From IMG/VR virus record IMGVR_UViG_3300015375_000872, positions 481 through 64,480 of that record: 64,000 nt of DNA. The stretch is one strand, 5' to 3'. How positions within the stretch are numbered: the stretch's first letter is position 1; each line of letters starts with the position of its first letter. This DNA is from a virus. Its lineage: Duplodnaviria > Caudoviricetes. A program made the translations under genes and the position numbers. Shown piece after piece: positions 34,137 to 43,563 of this stretch. The notes below the pieces were generated by a model. That model worked only from the letters and a program-made list of their open reading frames with translations. It had not been told where the DNA came from and searched no databases.

Positions 34137-35318
34137 CTATATCACGTCTTTGGTGATAGAGTACCAATCATCAAAGCTTTTAATTTTGGTGTACTCACCC
34201 TTAGTTATGAGCTTGTCAACCCAATTCTTGTATGCTTGGGTGTAAAAATCGTCTTGTACAGTCAACACTTGTTCTTGTAGCTGTTCTTGTGGTTCAGGTG
34301 TTGCTATTGGGAACTGAATCAAGTTTGATGTTTCTGTTTCGGGTTTAATTGTATTTAGGATATCGTCAAGGGTTGTATTGACTCCAAACCCTACATATCG
34401 AGCATAACTATAACCTTGGGGGTCAACCAAGACGTAATCACTACCATTAGTTACCACAACCGCAATTTTATAAATCTCATTCAACCATTTTTTATATTCT
34501 TCCTCATCATTCCGAAGTGAAATCATGTCATCATATTTAGTTTCGTATGTGCTATTATTTCCACCTTTATCATCTAACCATTCCCGATGTTCTAGTAACG
34601 AATGTGTGAAAGTTTCGTAGTCCACTGGTGTTAGTTCAATAATTTCAGAAATTTGAACCCTGACGATATTTGATTCTGTTTGGTTTAAATATTCTTCTAA
34701 CCAGTCTTGTTTATTCAAAGTCGGAAATTTACCTTTGATATAAATCGGTTCAGCCAATGAATAAATATTAGATGGTGTGATAATTTCTTCAGTATCTAAA
34801 ACTTTTTCTTGTTCAGGTTTAAATGTTTCTGTTTCTGTTTCTGTCTGTTTTTTCAAATCTTCATAGTATCTGGTTTTTTCGTAGGGTTCACTACCATACT
34901 CATCTATGAAAGCTGTTGCTACGCCGTTTTGAAGATATTTGTGATATTGTTTTGTTGCCCAATAATCCTCTTTACCAGTTTCGGTATTATCAAAGCGTTT
35001 CCATGTATCATTCCATTTGGCATCTGAATATTTTTTGGCTTCAGTAGCTTCTTTAGCCCAATCTTTTCGCTCTTGTGTATATGTAGGACTAAGTTCAACG
35101 CTGTAACCTGTTGACCATGCTGTGTCGTACATACTGTCACCGTAATGCTCTACGGTTTCATGTTTTTTAGCAATGTCTTTAACATTAGCTAGTGTTGCGT
35201 TAGTTCCGATTTCCATTACCCAAGAAACACTGACATAACGGCGGTGAGTTGTGACTGAAAACTTGATTCCTGGGAAGGTTTGAGTCAATTCTTTTTTAAG
35301 GTTGCGTGAAATAGTCAT
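34137..35318 (-). CDS. Multidomain early protein with LPD29-like N-terminus
   Basis: LKKELTQTFPGIKFSV N-terminus; DPQGYSYARYVG motif. Confidence 0.55.
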   Translation of the reverse strand: MTISRNLKKELTQTFPGIKFSVTTHRRYVSVSWVMEIGTNATLANVKDIAKKHETVEHYGDSMYDTAWSTGYSVELSPTYTQERKDWAKEATEAKKYSDAKWNDTWKRFDNTETGKEDYWATKQYHKYLQNGVATAFIDEYGSEPYEKTRYYEDLKKQTETETETFKPEQEKVLDTEEIITPSNIYSLAEPIYIKGKFPTLNKQDWLEEYLNQTESNIVRVQISEIIELTPVDYETFTHSLLEHREWLDDKGGNNSTYETKYDDMISLRNDEEEYKKWLNEIYKIAVVVTNGSDYVLVDPQGYSYARYVGFGVNTTLDDILNTIKPETETSNLIQFPIATPEPQEQLQEQVLTVQDDFYTQAYKNWVDKLITKGEYTKIKSFDDWYSITKDVI

Positions 35319-35357
35319 CTGTCTTGCCCCTTTGCTTTATTTCTCTCTACATTTATA

Positions 35358-35500
35358 AATGTACCATTATCATATATGTATGTCAAGCTATTTCAGAAAA
35401 TATTTTTAAATATCCCATAACCCTTATATATCAACGGTTTCAGGAATTTTGAAAATATTTCAGTAAATAGCTTGACATTGCTATAGGATAACGGTACTAT
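35358..35500. promoter_or_regulatory. Back-to-back divergent sigma70 promoters
   Basis: Minus strand TTGACA(35381-35386)-17-TACATT; plus strand TTGACA(35472-35477)-17-TACTAT; both preceded by AAATAGC. Confidence 0.8.
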
Positions 35501-35538
35501 ATAAATATAGACAAAGATACAGCCAAAGGAGAAAACAA

Positions 35539-35976
35539 ATGAAAGTTGCAGCAATCAAAATTAACGGTGTTATAAAATTAAGTTATACCGACGTTGAACA
35601 AGCAAAACTTCAAGCTAATAAAATTAAACAGTCAATAGAGAGAATAAAAGGCGATGAATCGATTGAGTTAGGTTGGATTGAATTATCTGAGACTGAATAT
35701 CAAAAAACAAGAGCAAGCATTGAAGTTGGTGACACTGTTTCACTCTTCACCCCAAGAAACTATTATGATTGTCATCATGTCGAGGTGAGAATTGAACGAG
35801 AAACCGAGAAAGCTATAATGGTTAAAAATCTGAAAACGAAAAGAACTTGTTGGTTTCCAAAAAGTGTATTAGAAACAGATATATCAATATGTATAGAAGG
35901 TGTCTATCGTCAACTCACCCCTATAAAAAGAATGTCAGATGAACAATGGAAAGTTTTGCAAGAACGGGTGAATTGA
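35539..35976 (+). CDS. Hypothetical early protein
   Basis: AAGGAG RBS; RETEKAIMV...WFPKS SH3-like segment. Confidence 0.75.
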   Translation: MKVAAIKINGVIKLSYTDVEQAKLQANKIKQSIERIKGDESIELGWIELSETEYQKTRASIEVGDTVSLFTPRNYYDCHHVEVRIERETEKAIMVKNLKTKRTCWFPKSVLETDISICIEGVYRQLTPIKRMSDEQWKVLQERVN

Positions 35977-35997
35977 AAAAATATATAACCATGTTAA

Positions 35998-36023
35998 AAC
36001 CCTAACTTTTGATAGTTAGGGTT
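35998..36023. terminator. Terminator between convergent genes
   Basis: AACCCTAACT...AGTTAGGGTT. Confidence 0.7.
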
Positions 36024-36028
36024 ATTTT

Positions 36029-37972
36029 TTACGCTTTATAATTTCCCTGCTTGAACGATAGGGAACCATTCTCAACCAAGTTAATATAGAACGCTACCTC
36101 ACAAAACAGAAAAGCATAGTAAAGGTCATCAACGTTATCCTTACCTCTATGCCACTTGTTCTCAGTATCTCTCCAAGGTGCTGATAAATGAACCAGTGGC
36201 GAGCGCTCATCCTTATCCCTTCCTTTCCATTGTTCCCACTCTATAGGTAGCCTGTACAGTGAGTGACCATCATCTGCTTTTAACAGAAACCCTTCTAAAA
36301 CTGTCTGTAAGAATTTCTCATTTCTAATGTTCCAGCACGGGTATTGAATACCACCATCACTGACAATTGTTTCCTTGACCGTTTGCCTTTGTCCACCAAT
36401 TTGATTAGCTAATTCTAAAATATTTGATTCTCTACATAAATTAATTGATGATTCCATTGATGGTTCATTATCAATTATTCCTAATTCAACATTATAATAA
36501 TTAAGTTTATCGATAATTTCACTCCTGTTAATACCGCCACCAAACTTAACAACCCTAACGGTTTTTTCAATGATTTCAGCTAATGTTAATTTATGGTGAT
36601 TCTCAGGGAAATAAAACTCAGTAATAACTAACCAATCTTCTGAACGTCCAACGTCAATTCCAGCTAGAATCATGTTAGCTTTACCTTTAGGTTTAGGTGC
36701 TAACATTGCTTGATTAAGCATCTCTAAAGTGACATGGCAAGCAGTGGTTTGTGATGCCCAACCTAACATCTGTTGTTGCCAATCATCAGTTCTTATAACT
36801 TTTAAACCTTCTGAAATAATCTCTGAAGCTATGGCATTATTAGGCTTCTGTCTAACTAATGGTGACAAATGAATACTTGATTTATAGTTAGTTTGAGGAA
36901 TACCCTTTGGTAAATTATCTAAAAAATCTCTTAAGAATTCTCCGGTTTTTATACATTTATATTTTGCTTTATATCTTTGTTCATCGGTTAATTTTTTACC
37001 GCAACATGAACAGCCAATATAAGCAGTATCAACGGGTCTTAATTCATCATCTGAATACCATTTTAACGGTCTTCCTGATTCATTAAAATACGTTTCAATC
37101 GGTTTATTTGTTACTGCGTCAATCCGTTCAACTTTTCTTAATAAACAACCCAACGGGTCAAGTGAGAACCAATCATTACAGTCAGGACAAAAATAATGTG
37201 GATAAAAATATTTATCAGCTTGTTTCATCTCCAATTCAATACCTTGACCGCCTCCTGGTGTTCCTAATTCTCTAATCGGTTTTGTAGGAATTGAACTTGC
37301 ATCTAAACGTCTTTTAACCGGGTCAGCAGCACCGGGGTCATACTGTGAACGTTCCTCTAAAAATGCCACGTCAATCTGAAAACCGACGGTTGCAGAACCC
37401 GCAGCAGCTTGTCCGTGACCCATCTTTCTACCAGTGGAAACATAACCGAAAATACCTGTTACTTGTTCCAATTGATAACAAGCATTGGTGGTTTTATCAT
37501 CTTTTCTATTGAATTTTTTATTATTAATTTGTTCAACGGCGGTTATCCAATATTTGCTAATCGGTCGCCACATAATCGGTACGTTTTGCTCAAGGGTGGT
37601 TTCACGGTCATAAAACCACCCCGTGTTAGTCCTACCAAAACTTAAGCAATAAATTTTTAATAGGAAATGAGCTAAAGTTTTACCGACTTGAGCGCATCCA
37701 GTGGTGTAGACCTGATTCAATCTAAAATCACCAATCAACTCTAAAAACTCAAGATATGACTCAACAACTGTATCAATAGGTAAACCTTTTTCAGTTCTGC
37801 CATATTGCTTGACCGCTTCAACAAATGCCTTGCCACCATTATTAAAACATTCATTGATAAAGCGTTCCCTTTCCTCTTTATAAAGGTCAGCATTCATCAA
37901 TGAATAATCTGTTTTGTCAAGGTTGGCTAGTTGTTGCTTAACCCTGACAAGTTTAGTTTTAAGGTTGAGCAT
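36029..37972 (-). CDS. Terminase large subunit (lambda GpA-like)
   Basis: Walker A CAQVGKT, Walker B VAFLEE, GTP coupling motif, CPDC/CSCC zinc finger, RNase H-like AGIDVG and DDLYYA. Confidence 0.8.
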   Translation of the reverse strand: MLNLKTKLVRVKQQLANLDKTDYSLMNADLYKEERERFINECFNNGGKAFVEAVKQYGRTEKGLPIDTVVESYLEFLELIGDFRLNQVYTTGCAQVGKTLAHFLLKIYCLSFGRTNTGWFYDRETTLEQNVPIMWRPISKYWITAVEQINNKKFNRKDDKTTNACYQLEQVTGIFGYVSTGRKMGHGQAAAGSATVGFQIDVAFLEERSQYDPGAADPVKRRLDASSIPTKPIRELGTPGGGQGIELEMKQADKYFYPHYFCPDCNDWFSLDPLGCLLRKVERIDAVTNKPIETYFNESGRPLKWYSDDELRPVDTAYIGCSCCGKKLTDEQRYKAKYKCIKTGEFLRDFLDNLPKGIPQTNYKSSIHLSPLVRQKPNNAIASEIISEGLKVIRTDDWQQQMLGWASQTTACHVTLEMLNQAMLAPKPKGKANMILAGIDVGRSEDWLVITEFYFPENHHKLTLAEIIEKTVRVVKFGGGINRSEIIDKLNYYNVELGIIDNEPSMESSINLCRESNILELANQIGGQRQTVKETIVSDGGIQYPCWNIRNEKFLQTVLEGFLLKADDGHSLYRLPIEWEQWKGRDKDERSPLVHLSAPWRDTENKWHRGKDNVDDLYYAFLFCEVAFYINLVENGSLSFKQGNYKA

Positions 37973-38465
37973 TTTGGGTTTGTTTTAATAAAATTGCTAA
38001 CGCATCCTTCTTGGTTTTCTCTGACAAATCGCTTAACGCTTCAATTTGTTCAGCATTAATCAACCCATTAGTTGCCATTGAAACTATCATTTCTTCTAGC
38101 GATGTTTGCTTAGGTTGGTCATTCCAATCTTTAGGATTTCTGCATCTCAACATGAATGCAGCAGCCCTCCAATCTTTCTGAGATGCTGTACTAATTCTTC
38201 CTACTAATATCGCTTCACATTCCCCTACAGCTTTATCGTAAGCCTCAACAAAATCAACATACTCAGGGTTAGAAGGTCTTGTAGGATGCTCATTTCTACC
38301 TCGCTGTATCCATCCTCTAACTGTTGCATATTCAAGGTTGCAACATTTACAAGCTGCCTCTATTGGTGTTCCAATTTTAATTAATGATAATAACTTTTCT
38401 TTAATCTTAGGAGTTAACTTAGATGGTCTACCTATCCTATTACCATTAGATGATTTCCTTACCAT
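37959..38465 (-). CDS. Terminase small subunit-like HTH protein
   Basis: GRPSKLTP...GTPIEAACKCCNLEYATVRGW...DWRAAAFML; overlaps terL. Confidence 0.75.
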   Translation of the reverse strand: MVRKSSNGNRIGRPSKLTPKIKEKLLSLIKIGTPIEAACKCCNLEYATVRGWIQRGRNEHPTRPSNPEYVDFVEAYDKAVGECEAILVGRISTASQKDWRAAAFMLRCRNPKDWNDQPKQTSLEEMIVSMATNGLINAEQIEALSDLSEKTKKDALAILLKQTQNAQP

Positions 38466-38522
38466 ATCATAAATATTTTATCTATTATTAATTATTGTAA
38501 ACATTGTTATTATAATTAAAAT

Positions 38523-38765
38523 TCAATTATTAAAATCATTAATATCAACAATATCAAAAGTACCAACTTTATATTTTACTCCTGACTGTTCCTTGCTTCC
38601 AACCCAATTATCCAAGCATAAATTTATAAAAGCGGGAAAATCATTTTCAAATCGTTTCCAGAAAACAGGGTATTCATTGATTAAATCTTTGATTATAAAT
38701 TCCTCTTCAACAGTCAACCGCCAACCATCAAATAATTTAAACGAAATTTTAGTATTAGGATTCAT
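38523..38765 (-). CDS. Hypothetical protein
   Basis: 80-aa ORF. Confidence 0.55.
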   Translation of the reverse strand: MNPNTKISFKLFDGWRLTVEEEFIIKDLINEYPVFWKRFENDFPAFINLCLDNWVGSKEQSGVKYKVGTFDIVDINDFNN

Positions 38766-38809
38766 AAAAATATAGAGAGTTTAGCACCCTCTAATTTGCT
38801 ATTTAACCG

Positions 38810-38896
38810 TTACCATTCATCAGGGGGTGGTTCCGGTGTATGCGTAGGTGTCGGTATTGGTTCCGGTGTAGGCGTTTCTAAGGGTTCATCACTCAT
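38810..38896 (-). CDS. Possible 28-aa Pro/Thr/Glu-rich micropeptide (not in ORF track)
   Basis: My translation: MSDEPLETPTPEPIPTPTHTPEPPPDEW*. The start overlaps the 3' end of the upstream gene; AAGGA upstream. Confidence 0.5.
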   Translation of the reverse strand: MSDEPLETPTPEPIPTPTHTPEPPPDEW

Positions 38897-39314
38897 TTCT
38901 TTTATTATCCTTGCTATTTTTTATGACGTTAACAGCTTGTGTCAATTTTTTAGATAATTCGACATTTCGCTTTTCAGCAGCTATTAACCTGTTTTCTAGT
39001 ATAAGCAGTTGTGATGTGAACCCATAAGATTTTAATTGATTATTTTCTTCTGATAGTTCTAAATTTTTATTCTTCTCTTCCTGAACGTCGCCAATTAGGT
39101 GTTTATTCTCAGATTCTAATCGCTTAATCTCACCCTCAAGTTCGGCAATGACTCTGGCATTATGAACATCAAAAAAACCTTTGATTGCTATACCTACAGC
39201 ACCACCAGCACCACCTAAAGTAATTACTACCCATGCGATAGCTTGACCTGTATTCTGAATACAGGTTATCTGACTTTCAGGTGTAATTTGAGAGATTTGG
39301 GATAATAGATTCAT
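38889..39314 (-). CDS. Membrane-anchored coiled-coil protein (holin- or spanin-like)
   Basis: TM AIAWVVITLGGAGGAVGIAI followed by heptad repeats. Confidence 0.6.
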   Translation of the reverse strand: MNLLSQISQITPESQITCIQNTGQAIAWVVITLGGAGGAVGIAIKGFFDVHNARVIAELEGEIKRLESENKHLIGDVQEEKNKNLELSEENNQLKSYGFTSQLLILENRLIAAEKRNVELSKKLTQAVNVIKNSKDNKRNE

Positions 39315-39796
39315 TTTAATCGACTGTACAGGAGACTATACAGAATTGAGAAAGGAGAATATATAATCAGTCCAAAGAAAACCCCTAATGCTAAACCTGA
39401 GAACGTACCATCACTCCTAATACCTAAAATTATTAAGAAATACAAAAAAGTTGCAATTGCAATTAAATGACATAACAACCAAAGGAAATATAATAAATTG
39501 AAATTAAGTCTTGAGACATAATTTAATTTGAAGCAAAAAAACCAACAAATAATACCCGATACACTAACACCAGTAACCAGGCTATAAATCAATTCTTGAT
39601 TCTCTTTACGACAATCTAAAATAGTTCTAGGTGGTTCAAATATTAATGAAAAAACACCTAAAAAAAACATTATAACAAAATTAAAATTTAAGCTAATAAT
39701 TGATAATATGTATTGTAATAAATTGTTTTTTCTATTATTTATTAATCTTGCCATCTTTTTTCCTATTGTTTTTTGATAAAGCAATTCGTCTAGCAT
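39311..39796 (-). CDS. Multi-pass membrane protein
   Basis: About four hydrophobic helices. Confidence 0.65.
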   Translation of the reverse strand: MLDELLYQKTIGKKMARLINNRKNNLLQYILSIISLNFNFVIMFFLGVFSLIFEPPRTILDCRKENQELIYSLVTGVSVSGIICWFFCFKLNYVSRLNFNLLYFLWLLCHLIAIATFLYFLIILGIRSDGTFSGLALGVFFGLIIYSPFSILYSLLYSRLK

Positions 39797-40073
39797 TTTT
39801 ATAATCCCAAATAACTACACTTGAAAGGATACCGACAAAAAACAGAATAACTAATACAGATGACCTTATATTTTCAGCTTGATTGACATTAACTTTAATC
39901 ATTATAAACCCATCACATAAGAGTATAATGCCAACAATCAGCAGTAATGATGACAACAATAATCGATTCAATCTACTGTCATCAAATAACATCATGGTTA
40001 TGCTGTTCCATATACAACTTAACCCTGTTGAGAACAAAAAGAATGAAATTATCCATTGTTTAAAAGTGTACAT
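39735..40073 (-). CDS. Three-TM membrane protein
   Basis: Hydrophobic helices, basic C-terminal tail; paralogous to the N-terminus of 40083-40442. Confidence 0.65.
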   Translation of the reverse strand: MYTFKQWIISFFLFSTGLSCIWNSITMMLFDDSRLNRLLLSSLLLIVGIILLCDGFIMIKVNVNQAENIRSSVLVILFFVGILSSVVIWDYKNARRIALSKNNRKKDGKINK

Positions 40074-40082
40074 TTTAATCGA

Positions 40083-40442
40083 TTAAGCCCATATTCGTGA
40101 AGGTGTTGACGGTTCTATTCTATAGGGCACTAACACGCTTACATCCTCTTCTGGCGTTACCCTGACGTTGACGTGCCATCCTTCCAAATGAAGTGAGTTC
40201 TTATAAATGATTCCAATAATATCAATGTCTGAATATTTTGGAATCTTTACAGGTTGACCGTCAACAGATTTATTTAAACTATCAAATATCAGCATTACGC
40301 CACTGTTAATCAATAGCGTTGAACTCAAGTATTTATTTAATTTTCTGTCATCAAAAAATAAGAAAATGCCATTAACAATAGAAATTAGTCCGGCAAAAAA
40401 TAGCAAGAGAATATAACCAGAATTGTCGATTGTTAATGGCAT
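40083..40442 (-). CDS. Chimeric protein: two-TM N-terminus plus tail-fibre-associated C-terminal domain
   Basis: FFDDRKLNKYL paralog segment, then IDIIGII...EGWHVNVR...PY.IEPSTPSRIWA. Confidence 0.6.
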   Translation of the reverse strand: MPLTIDNSGYILLLFFAGLISIVNGIFLFFDDRKLNKYLSSTLLINSGVMLIFDSLNKSVDGQPVKIPKYSDIDIIGIIYKNSLHLEGWHVNVRVTPEEDVSVLVPYRIEPSTPSRIWA

Positions 40443-40450
40443 ATTGTTAA

Positions 40451-40774
40451 TTATTGTACTAACGGGTTGTTATCTATAGATTCAAGTGCGACTAATTCCG
40501 CGTCTAATTTTTCTTGATATTCCTTATATTCCTTCTCAAAGGCATCAATAAAAATAGGGACAAATGCCTCGATAGCATCATGTAGCTCTGGATATTTAGC
40601 CAGTGGAATGCGAATAATTCCGCTTTTATTTGTTGGGATTATGTGACTCGTTTCGTGGTCAATCATCACAATCACGTAACACGCTTCAATAAACTCTCGA
40701 TTGACAATTCCAGTTTGAGGATTTGCAGTTTCAAACTGTTGTCTGTAAACGATTCGATGTTCTTGGTAACTCAT
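40451..40774 (-). CDS. Hypothetical protein, possible tail-fibre chaperone (ATG 40774; track start 40798)
   Basis: Directly downstream of the tail fibre gene. Confidence 0.6.
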   Translation of the reverse strand: MSYQEHRIVYRQQFETANPQTGIVNREFIEACYVIVMIDHETSHIIPTNKSGIIRIPLAKYPELHDAIEAFVPIFIDAFEKEYKEYQEKLDAELVALESIDNNPLVQ

Positions 40775-40776
40775 TT

Positions 40777-42432
40777 TTACTCCATGTAAGTAATACAAAC
40801 TTCAAATTCTTTTGAAAGAATAGAGGCACTACTGCTTCCACTCAACCTTAAATTGAAGTTCGATAAATAGATTGACCATGAATACAAGTAGCCAGCAACC
40901 TCGGTAAACCCAGGAGGAATAAAGTAGCCGGAATCAATCTTCAAAAATGCCACAACTCCTATAATCTTTGAAAGGGTTAAGTTGTGTGCAATATTTGTTA
41001 CAGAGCCTTGAGATGCACCTGTAGTTCCTGAAAATCGAATCAACTTAATAGCGGGATGTCCACCAGCAGTCCCGCCTAAAGATGTGAATCCCCCAATGTG
41101 CTGGTTTCCCCCAACACCAACACCCCCCGAAACCACCACCGCCCCGGTAGTAGTAGAAGTTGATGGAGTTGTCCTATCGGTTGACACTACGCCTCTAAGG
41201 TAAGTGTTGGTAATATTGTTGTCACCAATCGTAACCGTATTTGAGCCATTCCCTGTGGCGTTATAACCGAAAACATTTTCATTGGTTGCGTTTTGTGTTC
41301 CTTTGGTATTCATGCCAAAATAACAGGAATTGTTAATAACAGTAAGTTCCGTAACACCGTCAGCAATAAAGCGACCAGCATTCCTTCCTCCGAATAAGTT
41401 GTTGTCTCCTGTTGTATTGAACTGTCCTGCGCTTGTCCCCAAATATGTATTGTTACTTCCTGTTGTATTGAACTGTCCTGCTGATATCCCCAAAAATATG
41501 TTGGCAACCCCTGTTGTATTCGCCTGTCCTGCTGATACCCCCACTGCGGTATTTGTGCTAGCATTTCCACCCCCTCTCCCAATAGGAATTAGATTATAAG
41601 AACCAGCAAAAATAGCACCACCAACACCAACACCCCCCGAAACCACCACCGCCCCAGTAGTAGTAGAAGTTGATAGTGTCGCGTTGGAAAAAGTTGTTAC
41701 ACCCGTTACTGTACCACCGGACAAGGGCAAGGCGTTCGTAATTCCATAGCCTGATAACGTTGTGGGCGTTCCGGTGATTGCACTCCAAGGAGGGGTAATA
41801 TCAACAGGTGTACCAATTCCGGTAATTCTTCCTTTTGCGTCAACAGTAAATGGTCTGACTTGTGTTGCTAAAGCGTTGTAAGTTCCTGCCGTTACACCGC
41901 TATTTGCTAAAGTTATTGCGCTCGAAACATTAGCAGAACCATCAAAACTAACAGAATAAGTTGCGTCTCCAGTCGTTGAAATGGTTCGTGGTGTTGATAA
42001 TTTTAACGCCGTATCTGCCGTTGCTGCGGACGATATTTCAACATAGGAACTACCAGACCAACGATAGATTTTATTGGTATCTTCCGCAACGTAAATCTTT
42101 GAAGTTTCTCCCGTCACCGGAAAATTAACTATCGCAGCATAACTCAAAATATCATCAACATAGGATGGTAATCTATCTGATGAAATCAACCCCGATGATG
42201 CGTTTAATGCTGTTAAAATCGAATCATTTGTTGTTAATCCTTTAGTGAAGCTTGAAACAGTTGGATCTGCTTCAATTAAGTTTTCAGTAACAATTTGGCT
42301 CGGTGTCTTACCTCTTAAAAAATCAGAATCTAATCCACTATCAACACCATCAACAGTTTTAATTAGTGTTAATATTTGTGATGCTGTTAAAGTTTCACCT
42401 GAACCGCTTGACTGTTTTACTTTAAACCCCAT
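40777..42432 (-). CDS. Tail fibre protein
   Basis: DSDFLRG knob motif, LPSYVDDI..Y...FPVTGETSKIYVA, LSTPRTI, W..ITGTPTTLSGYGIT, 14-aa NTTG.NN..G..AG repeats. Confidence 0.85.
   Translation of the reverse strand: MGFKVKQSSGSGETLTASQILTLIKTVDGVDSGLDSDFLRGKTPSQIVTENLIEADPTVSSFTKGLTTNDSILTALNASSGLISSDRLPSYVDDILSYAAIVNFPVTGETSKIYVAEDTNKIYRWSGSSYVEISSAATADTALKLSTPRTISTTGDATYSVSFDGSANVSSAITLANSGVTAGTYNALATQVRPFTVDAKGRITGIGTPVDITPPWSAITGTPTTLSGYGITNALPLSGGTVTGVTTFSNATLSTSTTTGAVVVSGGVGVGGAIFAGSYNLIPIGRGGGNASTNTAVGVSAGQANTTGVANIFLGISAGQFNTTGSNNTYLGTSAGQFNTTGDNNLFGGRNAGRFIADGVTELTVINNSCYFGMNTKGTQNATNENVFGYNATGNGSNTVTIGDNNITNTYLRGVVSTDRTTPSTSTTTGAVVVSGGVGVGGNQHIGGFTSLGGTAGGHPAIKLIRFSGTTGASQGSVTNIAHNLTLSKIIGVVAFLKIDSGYFIPPGFTEVAGYLYSWSIYLSNFNLRLSGSSSASILSKEFEVCITYME
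41111..41674. repeat. 54-bp direct repeat (one mismatch) flanking a 510-bp-period cassette in the tail fibre
   Basis: CCAACACCAACACCCCCCGAAACCACCACCGCCCCRGTAGTAGTAGAAGTTGAT at 41111-41164 and 41621-41674. Confidence 0.9.
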
Positions 42433-42436
42433 AATA

Positions 42437-42793
42437 TCACCGTCCTATCATTATTAAAAAATTACCATTATAGGTGATATCCCCCCAAGGAACACCAATA
42501 TAAGGAAATTCAACTACTTCCAAATTAGCGTCCAAAACTATTCCTAAAATGGTTCCTCCTGTTGCTAAAATTTGAAAACTAACATGATAAGCACCCGCAG
42601 GGATAACACCTTCAGGTTCACTTGTCGTGTATTTTATAATTGGAACCAAAGGTGTAAACCTTTGTATACTCGAAAGGTGCTTTGTTGCAACATCAACGGG
42701 TAATTTACTATTGATGATTTGTAATGCCAAAATATCCCTTTCTGTTGATATCTTCTGATAAAAAGTTTCTTCCTGTTCGGGTGTTAATGTCAT
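42437..42793 (-). CDS. Hypothetical structural-region protein
   Basis: Operon context. Confidence 0.7.
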   Translation of the reverse strand: MTLTPEQEETFYQKISTERDILALQIINSKLPVDVATKHLSSIQRFTPLVPIIKYTTSEPEGVIPAGAYHVSFQILATGGTILGIVLDANLEVVEFPYIGVPWGDITYNGNFLIMIGR

Positions 42794-42837
42794 ATATTAT
42801 TTATAATAAAACTATTAATAGTATAAACATAAAAATA

Positions 42838-43077
42838 ATGGCAAATAAAAAATATGGATATCACCCATTTCTAAGTTCTAATTTTTTAAAGAGAAACCCT
42901 GAAAATCATTGTATGAAATGTGGCGGGAAAATCGGTAATATTAGACCCGACTTGAATAATGTTATTCAGGCTTGGGTGTATGATTCAATTATGGATAGAG
43001 CGATATTTATTGGATATTGTCATCCGATATACCCAGACAATAAACCCAAAGATGGTGATTATTCGATGGTTCATTAA
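42838..43077 (+). CDS. Small putative Zn-binding protein, opposite to the structural operon (track start 42724)
   Basis: HCMKCGG...YCH; ATG 42838 avoids overlap with the neighbouring gene. Confidence 0.55.
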   Translation: MANKKYGYHPFLSSNFLKRNPENHCMKCGGKIGNIRPDLNNVIQAWVYDSIMDRAIFIGYCHPIYPDNKPKDGDYSMVH

Positions 43078-43550
43078 ACCTGTATTGCAGTCAATTCTAC
43101 ACTGTAACCAGTACCATTAGGAACTGACGTAAAGTTAGTGAAAATGCTTTTAAATTGTGCAAAGTATTTCTTACTTCCCCCAACTGTTTCAGTCCAATCA
43201 CCAATCTGAGTTAATGATGGTGAATACTCAATCATTGGTTTACAAATATCATCAATTGTTATTTCAAAACCTGTTCTTGGTGGCGTATTTGATTTGTGGG
43301 TTGAGATTGAAAATATTGATGATAATAAATCGAATAAATCATCGTTCATTGACAAAGTTAAATTCCATTCTTCAGGTGGCGTATAGTTATTACCAGCAAC
43401 AATAATACTCCCATTATGAGAACGGGAAACCTCTAAAAATGTTTGACGGTTTCTGTTGTATGTTATGATTTCATTATTGGTTAAAATAACACTAACACCG
43501 TCAATACTAAATGTTAATTGTGGGTATTCATTAGGATAAGGTATAGCCAT
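43074..43550 (-). CDS. Putative distal tail (Dit-like) protein (ATG 43550; track start 43676)
   Basis: MAIPYP...WNLTL beta-rich profile in the tail region. Confidence 0.5.
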   Translation of the reverse strand: MAIPYPNEYPQLTFSIDGVSVILTNNEIITYNRNRQTFLEVSRSHNGSIIVAGNNYTPPEEWNLTLSMNDDLFDLLSSIFSISTHKSNTPPRTGFEITIDDICKPMIEYSPSLTQIGDWTETVGGSKKYFAQFKSIFTNFTSVPNGTGYSVELTAIQV

Positions 43551-43563
43551 ATTTAAAAAATAA

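Noticed and set aside
40777-42432. Diversity-generating retroelement acting on the tail fibre
   Set aside because: No reverse transcriptase is in the window; the repeat pair differs at one position and both copies are inside the same ORF.
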